A stretch of DNA of 45,386 bases from Bigelowiella natans CCMP2755 (Eukaryota > Protista > Cercozoa), in contig ADNK01000899.1 of NCBI GenBank assembly GCA_000320545.1, forward strand, positions 1 to 45,386, given 5' to 3'. Of the stretch, positions 1 through 11,684 are shown piece by piece. The notes beneath the pieces were generated by a model that did not search any database, had not been told where the DNA came from, and saw only the letters and a program-made list of their open reading frames with translations. Position 1 is the first letter of the stretch. Each line of letters opens with the position of its first letter. The translations under genes were made by a program, and so were the position numbers.

Positions 1-535
1 CCCAACCCTCATTGCACCCGTGAAAGTTTACCTTGTCCCAACCCTCATCCCAGCCCTGACTTTTGTCCTTGTCGCAGTCCTGACTTTCGTCGTGATTTCG
101 ACCCTGGTCCTGACCCTTGTCGCGGTCTTCACTTTGGCCGCAATTTCAACCCTGATCCTGACCCTTGTCGCAGCCCTGACTTGTTCTCCTCGTTTCACTG
201 CTGGTCCTAATGCTGATCCCGGTGCTCATCCCAACCCTCACCCCAACCCTGGTCCAAACTCCTCACCAAAAACCGTGACTCTGACCCTCATCCCAGCCCT
301 GACCCCAAAACCCTCACCACTTTCCGTGACTTTGGCCCTCACTTTTGCCCTCAAATTAACCCTGGTCGATTTTTGGGACCAGTTTTCCTCACTTCGGCCC
401 TCACTTCGACCGTCACTTTGGTCGTGGCCCAGGAGAAAACCCTAACCCTGATCGCACAACCCTGACCCTGATCCTGACCTCAACCCTGACCCTGACCCCA
501 ACCCTGACCCTGACCCTGAGCTGAAATCCTGACTC
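1..535 (+). repeat. Degenerate telomeric-type hexamer array (CCCTAA variants: CCCTGA, CCCCAA, CCCTCA), probable left chromosome end/subtelomere
   Basis: Hexamer periodicity throughout. Positions 440-519 contain one CCCTAA, eight CCCTGA, and one each of TCCTGA, CCTCAA and CCCCAA. The C-rich strand faces the window start, as expected at a left chromosome end. Positions 97-180 show a ~48-nt higher-order duplication. Confidence 0.8.
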
Positions 536-944
536 CAGATGCTGTCCATGAATGCTGTCTCCAAATGCTGTCTGAAAATGCCTTTCCAAAATGGTCACTA
601 AAACATTCAACCTTGAATGCTTAAAATTTTGTCGTTTGGATTGTGGCTTGTTGCGACGTGCATGCAGTGCAAATTGTGAGACTCGGCAACATGACTGTCC
701 AGTTAAATAGTCTGAAATTGCATTTCAAAGGTTTTTGAACGTTTGCGCTTCCATCCAGCCATGCTCCACAATGTGCATCATCATTGTCACATCCAGCAGA
801 GATGCACAACACAAATCTCGATGCGCTGACGCATTGCGACGAGCAAGCATGCTAGCATGCGCAGAAGAATTCATCTGGCCATGATTCATGATGATTTGAG
901 AAATTGGTATTGGACCACATCGCTTTGCACAGAAGTTTCGTTCG

Positions 945-3393
945 TTACAAATTTTCTGCAGACGTTGTTCCATTGGATTTTTCGTTCTAAGAAATGACAT
1001 GTGCAAATGTTGCTCAAATCACATGGTGCACATTGCGAATATGTGATCTTCAATAACAATGGAAAAAAGATTTACACCTTTGCAAGAAGCGAGCGGACAT
1101 TGAATTCGGAAAGTGTTCTGTAGTCACGAATGACACTCACACCTGTAGTTGCATTTAAAGTCGAAGATTTATGACAGAATGAGTAGCAAAGTAAAAAAGA
1201 AAAGGTAAATGATCGGGAACGTAGAAGGGCGACAGAATGCATCGTAGAGGGTCAAGATGATCCTAGCAGAACCCTAATGCTTATACACAGATAGTAATGA
1301 TATCATTCAATCACGGGTTTCAACCTGTTACCCTTCCAATTATTTGAACCATGACCTGAAATGCAACCCCAAACTAACTCATTCATTATGGTACACTTAA
1401 AACAATGACATGCATTACAAATACAATATTGATGCAGTAACTTGACTCTTCATACCGTTACACGAGGATTATCAAGATTGACAGTATACCTAATGAACAA
1501 CCATTACAGATAAAGCGAAGATAAACAATTACAAGATGCTAGGTTTCCTTCACTTCCTCGTAAAATTCCCTCTCCAGCAGTAACAACTGCATGAATGTCA
1601 TTTGATTGGTTTTTCTTACTTACCCCTCTGGCATTTTAGGAACGATGTAATTAATGATATCCATCCTGCATGTATATTTAGATTATAATGATCGCGAATG
1701 TTTAAGGAGTGTATTATTCAACCATTTGCATAGTATCATCATTTTTCAGAAGAAATGTTAGGAAATGATGAGAATATCTGCTGAAATATATTTTGTCCAT
1801 GCATTTATGCACATATTTGCAACGATCGTTGGACCACTGCACACAATTGTTTCACTATGGCACCTATCCATGTGCTTATTCTTTGCTCCCCGGTTTTTAA
1901 TCACGACAGCAAATGTCTTCTCCTTTTCATCATCATCATCATCATCTCGATCCTTGTTATGATGTTGCTGTTCATCATTGATGCTAGCTGGGGAGAAGAA
2001 TTCCGTGATTGCCTATTAAAGAACACTGCTCATTCATGTTGTGAGAGATAGATAGATAGATAGATAGATAGAGAGAGTCATCAATCAGATGATGGAAACT
2101 AACATATTTCATCGTCATCGTCATTGTCGTCGTCATCATCAATCAACCACCACCACCAAATCACGTCATAGTACCTCATCTAGAATAGGCTTGAGTTCTT
2201 CCATTTTACTGAAACATGTGTGGGACATTGGAAGAACACGATGTGTAAACCTTTACAGTTTTATACATCACAGAGATGAGCTTACATTTAACATCGTAGC
2301 TTTGCTAACATCAAAAATCAAAATAACTAAATAATCAACACAAAAACACATAAGACAGTATCGAGAAATATCAATCCATCGTCTCGTCGTAAAATACTCC
2401 TTTCTCAGCATCATATCAACATACTGAACGCTAACTCTAAATCTTCCTTTGCTTGCTGCAGAGTAGACAGATCGATCATTTTTAGAGGGGGGAGGGTTTT
2501 ACCTTGTATGCTGCTTTCCAGTTGCGAGAGCATCCTTCATCACCCGTGTTACTAATTCAGAAACCTTGATTCGTTTGTCCAGACATCTTAGCAGACACAT
2601 TGACTTTCCATCTGATTGACCACATCAACGAGGGCAGCGTGAAACAGCAGAGGAAGATGGATAACACAATATCATGGTTTGCGCTAGGAGGAGTTTACAA
2701 ACTAGTGCCTAATCATTATCTTAAAATTCTAGAAGCTAATACCCATCTTCTGTCACAAACATATTCCCAGAATTCAATTCTATTTCTAGAAGCTACCATC
2801 CATCCTGTCTTTCACAAATATATTCCAGAATTCAATTCTAATTCTACTAGAAGCTACTACCCATCTTGTCTTTCACAAACATATTCCCAGAATTGGATTC
2901 TCCGTTTTTTGCCCCCCCCACTTCGGATCCGATTTTCCTTGTCTTCGTTTCTTTCTCATCCCTCAATGCTTGCAATTCTGCTTCCAGATCATCAGCTACA
3001 TTTGAAAGATCTTTTGTATCTTCCTAAAAATTACGAAAAATGAACTTTTCCCCTTCTGCTCAGGTAAAATTGTGCGCTGAATAACTTCTTCATTGTTGAT
3101 GGCGGCATCAGTGCTCCTCCCAACCATCTCCTCCGCGAAGCTTGTCAACCAGTTGATAACCTCCTCAGCTGCCCTTTTTTCCTGAAATTAGTTTAATCCC
3201 TTTTTATTGCAATGAATAGGTCGGATCGAGGTGCTTCTTTTACCTTACAATCTTCACAGGTTACAAGCACCATGGGAGGACCAGGAGTAACACCGGAACC
3301 AGGCCTTTGTCCCCACTTCGAACTTTTTTTTCGTTTCCATCCCTCATTTTTGGAATTGCTGGAGAAGTTTCTCTTTCTTCTTTTCGAAGGCAT
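945..3393 (-). CDS. THUMPD1: THUMP domain-containing protein 1 (Tan1-like tRNA ac4C acetylation adaptor), about 11 exons
   Basis: Phase-consistent GT-AG exon chain: MPSKRRKR...PGPPMVLVTCEDCK / EKRAAEEVINWLTSFAEEM / EDTKDLSNVADDLEAELQALRDEK...NMFVKDKM / DGKSMCLLRCLDKRIKVSELVTRVMKDALATGKQHTR / FTHRVLPMSHTCFSKMEELKPILDE / AITEFF...KTFAVVIKNRGAKNKHMDR / MDIINYIVPKMPEG / YTVNLDNPRVT / VMVQIIGRVT / GVSVIRDYRTLSEFNVRSLLAK / NEKSNGTTSAENL*. This matches the Tan1/THUMPD1 layout (N-terminal LVTC motif; THUMP core TFAV..R, V.L.NP..TV.V.I). An alternative stop at 1072 applies if the last intron is not spliced. Confidence 0.85.
2725..2894. repeat. Three diverged ~58-nt tandem copies spanning a THUMPD1 exon 3' end and splice donor
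   Basis: The unit ctagaagcta..cccatcttgtctttcacaaacatattcccagaatt occurs three times. The rightmost copy is the real exon end, with its donor at 2860. Confidence 0.85.
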
Positions 3394-3500
3394 CTTTTAC
3401 TATTAATCCCACTGTGGATCTACTGCTCCATTCGTCTATAAGCCCATCCGCACAGTACTTATTGATGAATAATGATGATGATGATGATGATGATGATGAC

Positions 3501-3630
3501 GATGAAAAGCGAACTTCTGCCATTCTTTGTACGACATGATGATGAAAAGCGAACTTCTGTCATTCTTTGTCAATTACATGTACATGTACGACATGATGTC
3601 GAAAAGCGAACTTCTGTCATTCTTTTTTGT
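3501..3630. repeat. Three imperfect tandem copies of gaaaagcgaacttctgtcattcttt following a (GAT)n tract
   Basis: Unit seen directly at ~3504, ~3544 and ~3601. Confidence 0.8.
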
Positions 3631-3710
3631 TGCATGTCGTGAAACATCTGGTGTCCATGTAGATCTAGATCTAGATCTAACTCGTATTATTACTGTATTG
3701 TTTCATTTTA

Positions 3711-6052
3711 AGAGTCGCTCGGATCTGCTCACCACCAAGTTATCTCATGGGTTACGACTTGCAGGTAAGCATTGTCGCAAACTTGAAAATGCATTAATTT
3801 TTTGAGTCTTATTTAATTTTAGGTGATTTTGGATTGTTTGGGTATCTTTGCTTCCGTACTTCCTTCGCTCTCCTTTCCCGCAAAAGAAGCAGAAACAAGC
3901 AGAAGCAGAAGCAGAAGCAGAGAGAGAGAGAGGGAGAGGACTAGAATAAGAATAAGAAGGGGACGCAATGCACATGAAACTTTACTTCAAGAGAAAACCT
4001 TATTCATATGTTCGTATGAAGTAGCTAGAAGGAGAGAAGGAGATTAATCATGTGCCTGGCATCATTCCTAAACACTTACGGGAAGTGGACCTCTCAAGGA
4101 TCTGAAAACCAGGAACATAATACATTTAGCGAGCGATTTATGCTCGGAATCAGGTTGGAAGTATACGTCATGGACATTGATTGATTTCGCACATGTAATT
4201 AGAACTCGTTCACTCCTATTCACTTTGGTATTTGAATAAAAGCGGGTACTTTCTGGTCCGTAGCTTTGTGCTGGCATTTTTTGCGTTCATGCTTCTTAAG
4301 TTACAGGTAAGCGAATCTACTTCATTTTTTCAGGGTTGTCTTAAATAGTAATTTTCTTAGGACGTGGAAGGAAAAATCCAAGAACACTACAATGATATTT
4401 GTCGATGCGAGCTCTGTTATGAGCAGGTGGTCAGGATTACATCCTCGACCGAGAGTTGTCCTTATTATTATGATACCAAATACATTAAAAGGCCGTCCTG
4501 AATCCGAGAACAATGTATGAATTCAGCTACTGCTCTTCTCTTTTCGAACGAAACGGCACCACGTAGTAAATTCTTATTACCACATTGATAAAATCATATA
4601 AGATGAAAACATAAGAGATCATGAAGCACTAGAGGAATTTAGACATTTTGTGTGCGATAAGACATTTTAAGTAGTCATAGAGACAATCTTGGGTGCGAAT
4701 TTTATGCAAAAAATCAAAAGCGCGGAAATATCTCTAAATTCACAAATCTGATATGGCGGCAGTTACATAAGACGGGAAAACTTACTTGAGCAGACGATTC
4801 GGAGCAACATACTGGATCCACGGTAGGTACCGAGAGCAGTTAATGTAATGAATATCGTGCAAATGATAACGCTCGAAGATATCAACACCACTTGCTTCTC
4901 GAGCCAGCATAGTTGTCATTATCACGTATAAATTACATGCTGCTGGGACTACCAGCTTATCATCCCTGTCATTTTCTGCATTCCGATAATTTATTTGTAG
5001 GAAAAGCTCCGTTCAATTTTTAAGAGTGATGAATACTGCGCAAATAAGCATTTGGTATTATTACAGCATCATCATTATGATTACAGTATTTTCATAAAAT
5101 ACCTAAATGCGAGTAGGGGGACTGTCGTGAGTGAAAGCAACAGTGTTTTTAATATTCTATGATGCTATCTTTGAACACCTTTGTTGAGAGCGTGTACTTG
5201 ACAGATTATATTTTGAACTTTTTAACACGTTCCCACATCTATTATCACCTCCATGAATACAAACACCCACATGCACGTACGATACAGGTCTATCGTGTTT
5301 GGTGTAGCTTTTGTAGTTGTGTTGGCGGAGAATTTCATAGGGCTTTCAATTCCAACGATTATCGGTTTGACATCACTGGTGAGTTAGTACTGCTGATGCT
5401 GATTATACCAATGATAAGATCATGACTACATGTCAAAAACCCAAGATTTGATGCTGGCGATTATATCATCGCACAATAAATGATAATGGATATCCATTAC
5501 CACACCTGCATTGTTTTTCTTGTTGGATTGATATTGATTTGATTACGAACAACTTTGAGCCAATACTATGGGCTAGCTGCCACTCTATCTCAACTGTACA
5601 GTTGATGTATGTCCTCGTTGTAGTTTATTCCTGTGGAAACAACAAACATCGGATAATGTTGACGACCACAAATACCTCTCTCTACATGTATCAGCATGGA
5701 ACTCGATATGAGTATCTGTTATCCAGAGGAGATTCAATCACTATGGTAGTAAAAATAGCACTCTCCACATTTGGATGATTAGTAGCTATGATCACTTTTA
5801 CCATTATTAGTAATATCATTATGACCTTGATTTAACTATTATCTATTAGCTAGTAATTTGAATGTAATAGCATAAAGATAGCTGCTCATATGTAGAGAAG
5901 ACAAGAATGATTCTTGTTGTAGTTTTTGTTGAAATTGGAGAAGGTGAGATGAAAACTAGGAATGGGCATTGTTGTGCCTGCTATCCTGATTAAAAACAAA
6001 TAATAGGAAAATATGTGTTCATTTGGGCTCTCTAGAGATTGTGTTCGGGCAG
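3711..6052 (+). CDS. Putative multi-exon membrane protein of unknown function (boundaries uncertain; may join the next feature)
   Basis: AG/GT-bounded exon-like segments: ELVHSYSLWYLNKSGYFLVRSFVLAFFAFMLLKLQ (~4203-4306), DVEGKIQEHYNDICRCELCYEQ (~4361-4425), EKLRSIFKSDEYCANKHL (~5001-5054) and SIVFGVAFVVVLAENFIGLSIPTIIGLTSL (~5289-5378). No family recognised and no complete model built. Confidence 0.4.
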
Positions 6053-6376
6053 GTATTTTTGCATACCAATTACGTGTACATTATATAATCTATACGTATT
6101 TATATATGTGTTTTATATGTATTTTTTTAATATTATTTTTGATTTAATTGACCATTTTGTATAAAAAATAACTTAAAATAATTTCGAAAGACTCCTGCTC
6201 CTGTCCGATAGAGGCAGAATTCGTGGTCTCATGAGCCACGGTTTTAATCGTTGTTAGATTTGACCACGTGACACGCATGGCCACATTGAACTCCACTCGT
6301 GTGCTTGTTTAGTCGTTACATAATATTTGACTATCCTCCTTACTTGATATTACTCCTTACAATTCATTTCTCTCAG

Positions 6377-9280
6377 GAGCATTCCATTATCGTACTTTAG
6401 CTTCCGTGTTGACGTTGCCTATCACCCTCGCTGTTGTAAATGTATTATTTGCTTCCCCTTTCCCCCTTTCTTCCCCTTTTATGCATTGAATAGAAACCTT
6501 ACTAACTTTAATCTTGATAATCATTGCTCTGAATCCTAGAAATATTTAGGTATTAGAATTTTCACCGTACTCTCTTTATTAAGAACTAATGCAACTGTTG
6601 CATTATCATTTTTTTCTTTTTGGTCATACAGGAAAATTATCGATACGTACTTGGCATCGATGGTTGTTACCAAACTGTTGAATACCCATACCAAGGTGAT
6701 TATCATCACCAATGGTACACTTGATTTATGAGGTGTAAATAGCATTCAGAAACGACAAAATTAGTTGAGCTGAAAATTCCGTCAAGATATATATCTTTAT
6801 AGATGTAAATATGTATATACATATACATATATGTTATAATAGTGAACTAACTTCTACTACGCTGGTAAGAAAGGATGGATATGTAGACACAGAATTATAT
6901 AATATGTATGTAATGGGGGGGGTGAGAGTAAGGAGAGATAAAAATACATTGGTATGGGATCCATCGTTTTTCTCTTATGTTTTCGAAATACGACATTAAT
7001 CTCAGAGCTTCTAAATAATTTATACTATATCGAGTATCTTGGCGGCTCTCTGATCATGTAAATAATCGCATAACTACTAAGAGACTCAATTTTATACAAA
7101 TGCCAAATCATTACAAATGACATAAGAAAGATGAACATTATGCCATTGAGATTAACGGATGTTAAAATCAATGAAGAAAATTGAATAACACTACTGTCTT
7201 TCTGAGTGAAAGATATGAATAAAACGATATGATCTCCTGGAAAGAAGAATATGTAGAGATTTTTCATTTATTTCATTGCTAGTCGCGTTATCTCTCGCAT
7301 TTCCATTTAGTCTACTGTCTACTCAATCATCAATATCATCATCCTCATTTTATTTCTTTCATTTTCTCCCCTTGATAACTATTTAGATATGTGTCGGCTT
7401 TGCTTGTGATCCTTATCATCATATGCTACTGCTGCAGGAAAAATCTTTACCAAGTAAGAGTGATGTAGGGCAACCTGAAATAGACAGTACTTATAAGATA
7501 ATGACAATATGGTACCAATTAATAATATAATTATTGACATCATTAAACCTCTATCTATCCGTCCATCAACAATTTATCTATCCATCAGCTTTTGAGGATC
7601 TGTGGTTTAGTGTTCATCGTGAAATCGTTTGTTCTTTGCTTCCTCGCAGGTATGTCACATAGTTCTTCTGTCCTTCCATTTCTTATCTCAATCCACCACA
7701 ATCAGTATCCTTACTGCTGGTCATTAGTAGTCATTGCTACTAACTAGAATCATTCTTATTCATAGTATTTTTCCTGTTGGCGAACGCTGTAGCAGTAAGA
7801 CATAATCATAGTAGCGACAGTAATTACGATAAAACGGGCAACTGGATCCATTTTGCATTTGCTATTGTCTCCACTATCAGTACTTTGGAAATTGAGGTAG
7901 TAGTGATACCCCTACTTAGGCTGTGATTGGAGAACATTTCAATATTTCTTTGTGACAACAGCATTTATAATGACCACATTAAGTTAAAGAAAATTTTGAT
8001 CTTTGCTTGCTTCCTTCGTACTCTTTAATTCATCAGTGGATTCTTCTTTGCCCACTGATTTGCAAAGTGAGAAAGCATAGAGAGAACATGAAGCTTCTTA
8101 GCAGGTGCTGTAATTCGTGATCTTTGAAACTCCTTTTAGGATAGCAAGTTGCAGTAGTATCAGTAGCAAGGAGCACAATTAATCAAGAAAACAGGGAGAA
8201 AATGAAGTTTCAAAGAAAATGACAGCTATATATTCATGATGAGAATGAAAGATAATCTGAACGAAATTTGCAACCTTGGATACGAAGTGATTAAAATACT
8301 TACAACTGAAAGATATCAAACGGAAACTCGAAATCTTAAACCTGATGAAGTAGCACAGGTTGTGGCGACGGTGGGATGTTGGGAGTAGTAGCAAATTTGT
8401 TTTGGCATGCCTTGAAAAATTGCATCTTCTTCACCGATCCTTTCCAGTTCAATGTTATTAATTTTCTTACAAATCCTTTTGTTACATCCTAATTTATACC
8501 TTTCGACATCTCCGATTCAACCTGATATTTCTATGCATCCATCAATATGATTTTCAAATAAATTACATACTTACTCCATTCGTCGTTGTAGTGCCGTATG
8601 GTAGCCTTTCTCCGAGGTCTACGTGTACGTCGGCAAAATCAGCAGCAAGGACTACTGCAATATAAGCGAGGATGTAAGGGCTTCGACGGATACATCAGCG
8701 AGATCAAAGGTGCTCCCGCTGACATTGTTTTTTGCTAGTATCTCTGCTGTATGTTGTAGTAGGAGATTAATGAAGTAGTAGCATGATTGTGATCACAGAC
8801 CATCACACTTGAAACGCTGGACTAGAACAGTTTTTTAATTTTGATCATAACTGGATTACCGCAAAATCCCCTCTCATACATATTTTTAGATTCAAATACT
8901 CTATTCATCACCACAACTGGTTTTCTGATTTTTAAACCCACAATCTCATTGATTTTCTGTGCAGAAATAAAACTACCATCGACTGTTGCAGGAGAATTAG
9001 CGATAGAACTATCCAATAGTGTTGATGAAGAGAAAAGAGTAGCAAAAGAGCGCTTCCAGGAAGAATCGGGAATGAAAGATAACGACACAGCAATCGAATG
9101 TACTCCGTCACCAGAGACATGGAAGAATCGCCCTTTGGAAGCATTGGTAAGACAGCCAAATTGTTGACGTTGAATTGCAGATGACAAATGACGGCCAATG
9201 CTTACATACACGTCGTACAGACTCTCGATCCCCTTTTTGACCCCAGGATTTTGAACATCATTAATCAATTTCAGGTTTGA
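6377..9280 (+). CDS. Putative multi-exon membrane protein of unknown function (boundaries uncertain)
   Basis: Phase-consistent exons YVSALLVILIIICYCCRKNLYQ / LLRICGLVFIVKSFVLCFLA / VFFLLANAVA / AVIGEHFNIS (7387-7950). Later exon-like segments read DNLNEICNLGYEVIKILTTERYQ and EIKLPSTVAGELAIELSNSVDEEKRVAKERFQEE...RPLEAL|gtaag (to 9146). Possible stop near 9280. Confidence 0.45.
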
Positions 9281-10059
9281 GTAGGTTAGCACTGTTAGCA
9301 TTAATAGCCATATTAAATATAACGAGTTTGTTGTCGAAAATTCCAGGATGTAATTGTCCCCTCGTCATCATCCACATTATCTTTATCAACACTATAATAA
9401 CCTGATTCTGTAATTTCTGCGCTGATCTACCATGTATCTGTCAGTCATCTCCCGAGAACATAGAGGGCATTCCTCTTGAAGATTATCTTCACTATCGGTT
9501 GTTGCTGGTTGCTGCTGCTCTCTCTATCCCCTTCCCTTTTCTCCAGCGCTTCATAGAGACTTTGACGCACACTAAATAAATCTATGTCTAGGCTTTGGAG
9601 AGATTGCGATGAAATGAAACATAATGAAATTCAAAGAATTAGACGAAAACTGCAGAAGCATCGTTGGTGACCCACAAACCTTAACCATGTTCACAAAAGA
9701 ATGTTAGATGAAGGACAATCCTCTTGCTAAGGTGAACGTTTCTGTGATTATTGTAGGAAAGTTTGGGATGAAAAGAAGAAATTGGAAATTACACCTATTC
9801 TCATTTGATATCCGTTCACACATCAAAGCTTCAGGGAGTATCAAGACTTTTTCATGAGAGACAATATGGGAACGTTTTTATGAAATTTGTTAAATTTGTT
9901 ACACATTAAAAACTGTCATAGATCAAAATTTACAGAGCTAATTTGAAAATTTGTTGATTGGATGCGCATGGTCAACACTAAGGCTTCGGAGCATTATTCA
10001 TTATAGCGAGCAACCAACGATGCGGTTTGTTTAAGGAATTCTGTGAAAAATAAAATCTG

Positions 10060-11200
10060 TCTTTATGAACAACAATGAATGTACCATGGCACAAAGAGAG
10101 CTAGAGAGGAGCTAGAGGAGGGTCAGGGAGCAATGCCAATGATAGACACGTTACATTATGCACATGACATGCATGTTATAACTTTGTCCATGATTAGTGT
10201 GATGTCGATAGCATGTGTTCTGAACACATGCTGCACTCATGAAAACGACAATGTGTCAAAGACGCATGATGTTGTCACGCTATGTCCATGCATAGCACTA
10301 GAGCAGCTAATTGCCAGTGACACAGAGAGAGATGAATGTGGTTCCCTTTCTTCAGATGCGCAGCATGTGTGCGCCTTTCCCCAGGATTACTTCATTCCAT
10401 CATGACAATTTGAGCTAAACACATCGTGCATCATGGTCCAGCATGCTAGCATGAGCGTGCTAGGAACATTTCCATGCATGCATTTCGCCAATCATCTTGC
10501 TCACAAAGAGTTCAAAGTGACAGCCATCGAGCCATCTAGCCATGCAGCAAGGAAACGTTTTCATGTAGCTCCAGAGCTCATGGACTGCATGTTGTCATGA
10601 CACATCGCATTGAATCATGTTGTGGGAATGAGCCTGTGAGATGGTTGCCTTGCTAGCTTGTCATTGGTTTTGCAAACGACAGGACCATGGTGTGTGGAGA
10701 TTCATGAATTGTTGCTTCGTCCAGACCATGGATTGTTACAGTAGACGGAGGACTGGTCCTCATCAGCATCGAGCAGCTCCACCCTGCACTCACGTGTCAG
10801 AGCGACTCCATCTAGCCATCTGCTGGAAAATGATCCCTCGCAGGTGGCAGACTAACACTGCTGCAGCATGCGTGAATTGCATTGTCATCTCAGTTTTTCA
10901 TGGCATCAGCACACAATCATGAATGAGACAACAATGATGGTGTTAAATTCAAAAACTTCAAAACTGACTGTGCCATGGCTGCTTTGTAGCTAGCTAGTTG
11001 TAGGCTCTATTTGTTAGTCTTGTTTTATTGCGTGTTTCGAGGTAATCGACATGTCTTCATCATGTTCATCTTCGGCCTCAAAATATTCTTGTGCAGCAAC
11101 CTTACATGAAATTTTGGATTTAACATTGTGCACTTAGCACTTGCATTAGCTCGTGACATCATTACATCGCTCAAAAATACGTGCGTAACAATTGTGATAA
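10060..11200. other. Non-genic TpA-depleted, CATG/TGCA-rich tract (possibly a mutated repeat relic)
   Basis: Dense catg/tgca/cacatg words; surviving TA is often in CTAG. No credible exon chain. Confidence 0.6.
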
Positions 11201-11684
11201 TTATGACATTAAATAGACTGACCTCGTGTGAATTTTCCCCAAGAGCTAATGATCGATAACCGATTCGTAACAACTGAACGAAATGACATATATCATCTAC
11301 GAGTATGTAATCGCATACGAATGTGTACAATCATGTTAAATACATCATTTATGTGAATAAACGTTTATTTAGACTACCAGATATGTCCACCAAACATGAA
11401 GAAGTTGAAGAGTGCATAGCAATCCAAAGCAAAATAGTGCTAAAATTGTAAAATTACCACGCACGATGTAGTTAGACAAAAGCTTGCAATGCACTATTTT
11501 ATACGAAAATGTAAGCGTTCATTCTCTTGAAATACAAACCTCCGCCACCATGCTGACAATCCTGATTGTATGCTTGTTGCCTGTATATAATGTCTTATTA
11601 ATATTCATTTAATAGACTTAAGTATCAAATAGAGGGATGGGAATTAGTCTGAACCATTCATATATTTTTCCCTTGGAGAGAAGG

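Noticed and set aside
20-445. 141-aa ORF rich in LTL/PNP
   Set aside because: It is a translation of degenerate hexameric telomere-like repeats; the loss of TAA removes the stop codons.
3465-3530. MNNDDDD..EKRTSAIL as the first exon of the membrane gene, with a triplicated donor
   Set aside because: Splicing to the next evident acceptor (3711) creates a stop codon, so this start is unsupported.
8822-9301. 159-aa minus-strand ORF
   Set aside because: It is antisense to a better-supported plus-strand exon with proper AG/GTAAG boundaries and contains no recognisable motif.
9430-9570. Minus-strand segment encoding EECPLCSREM, a possible RING start
   Set aside because: It could not be linked in phase to neighbouring exons and no further zinc ligands were found.
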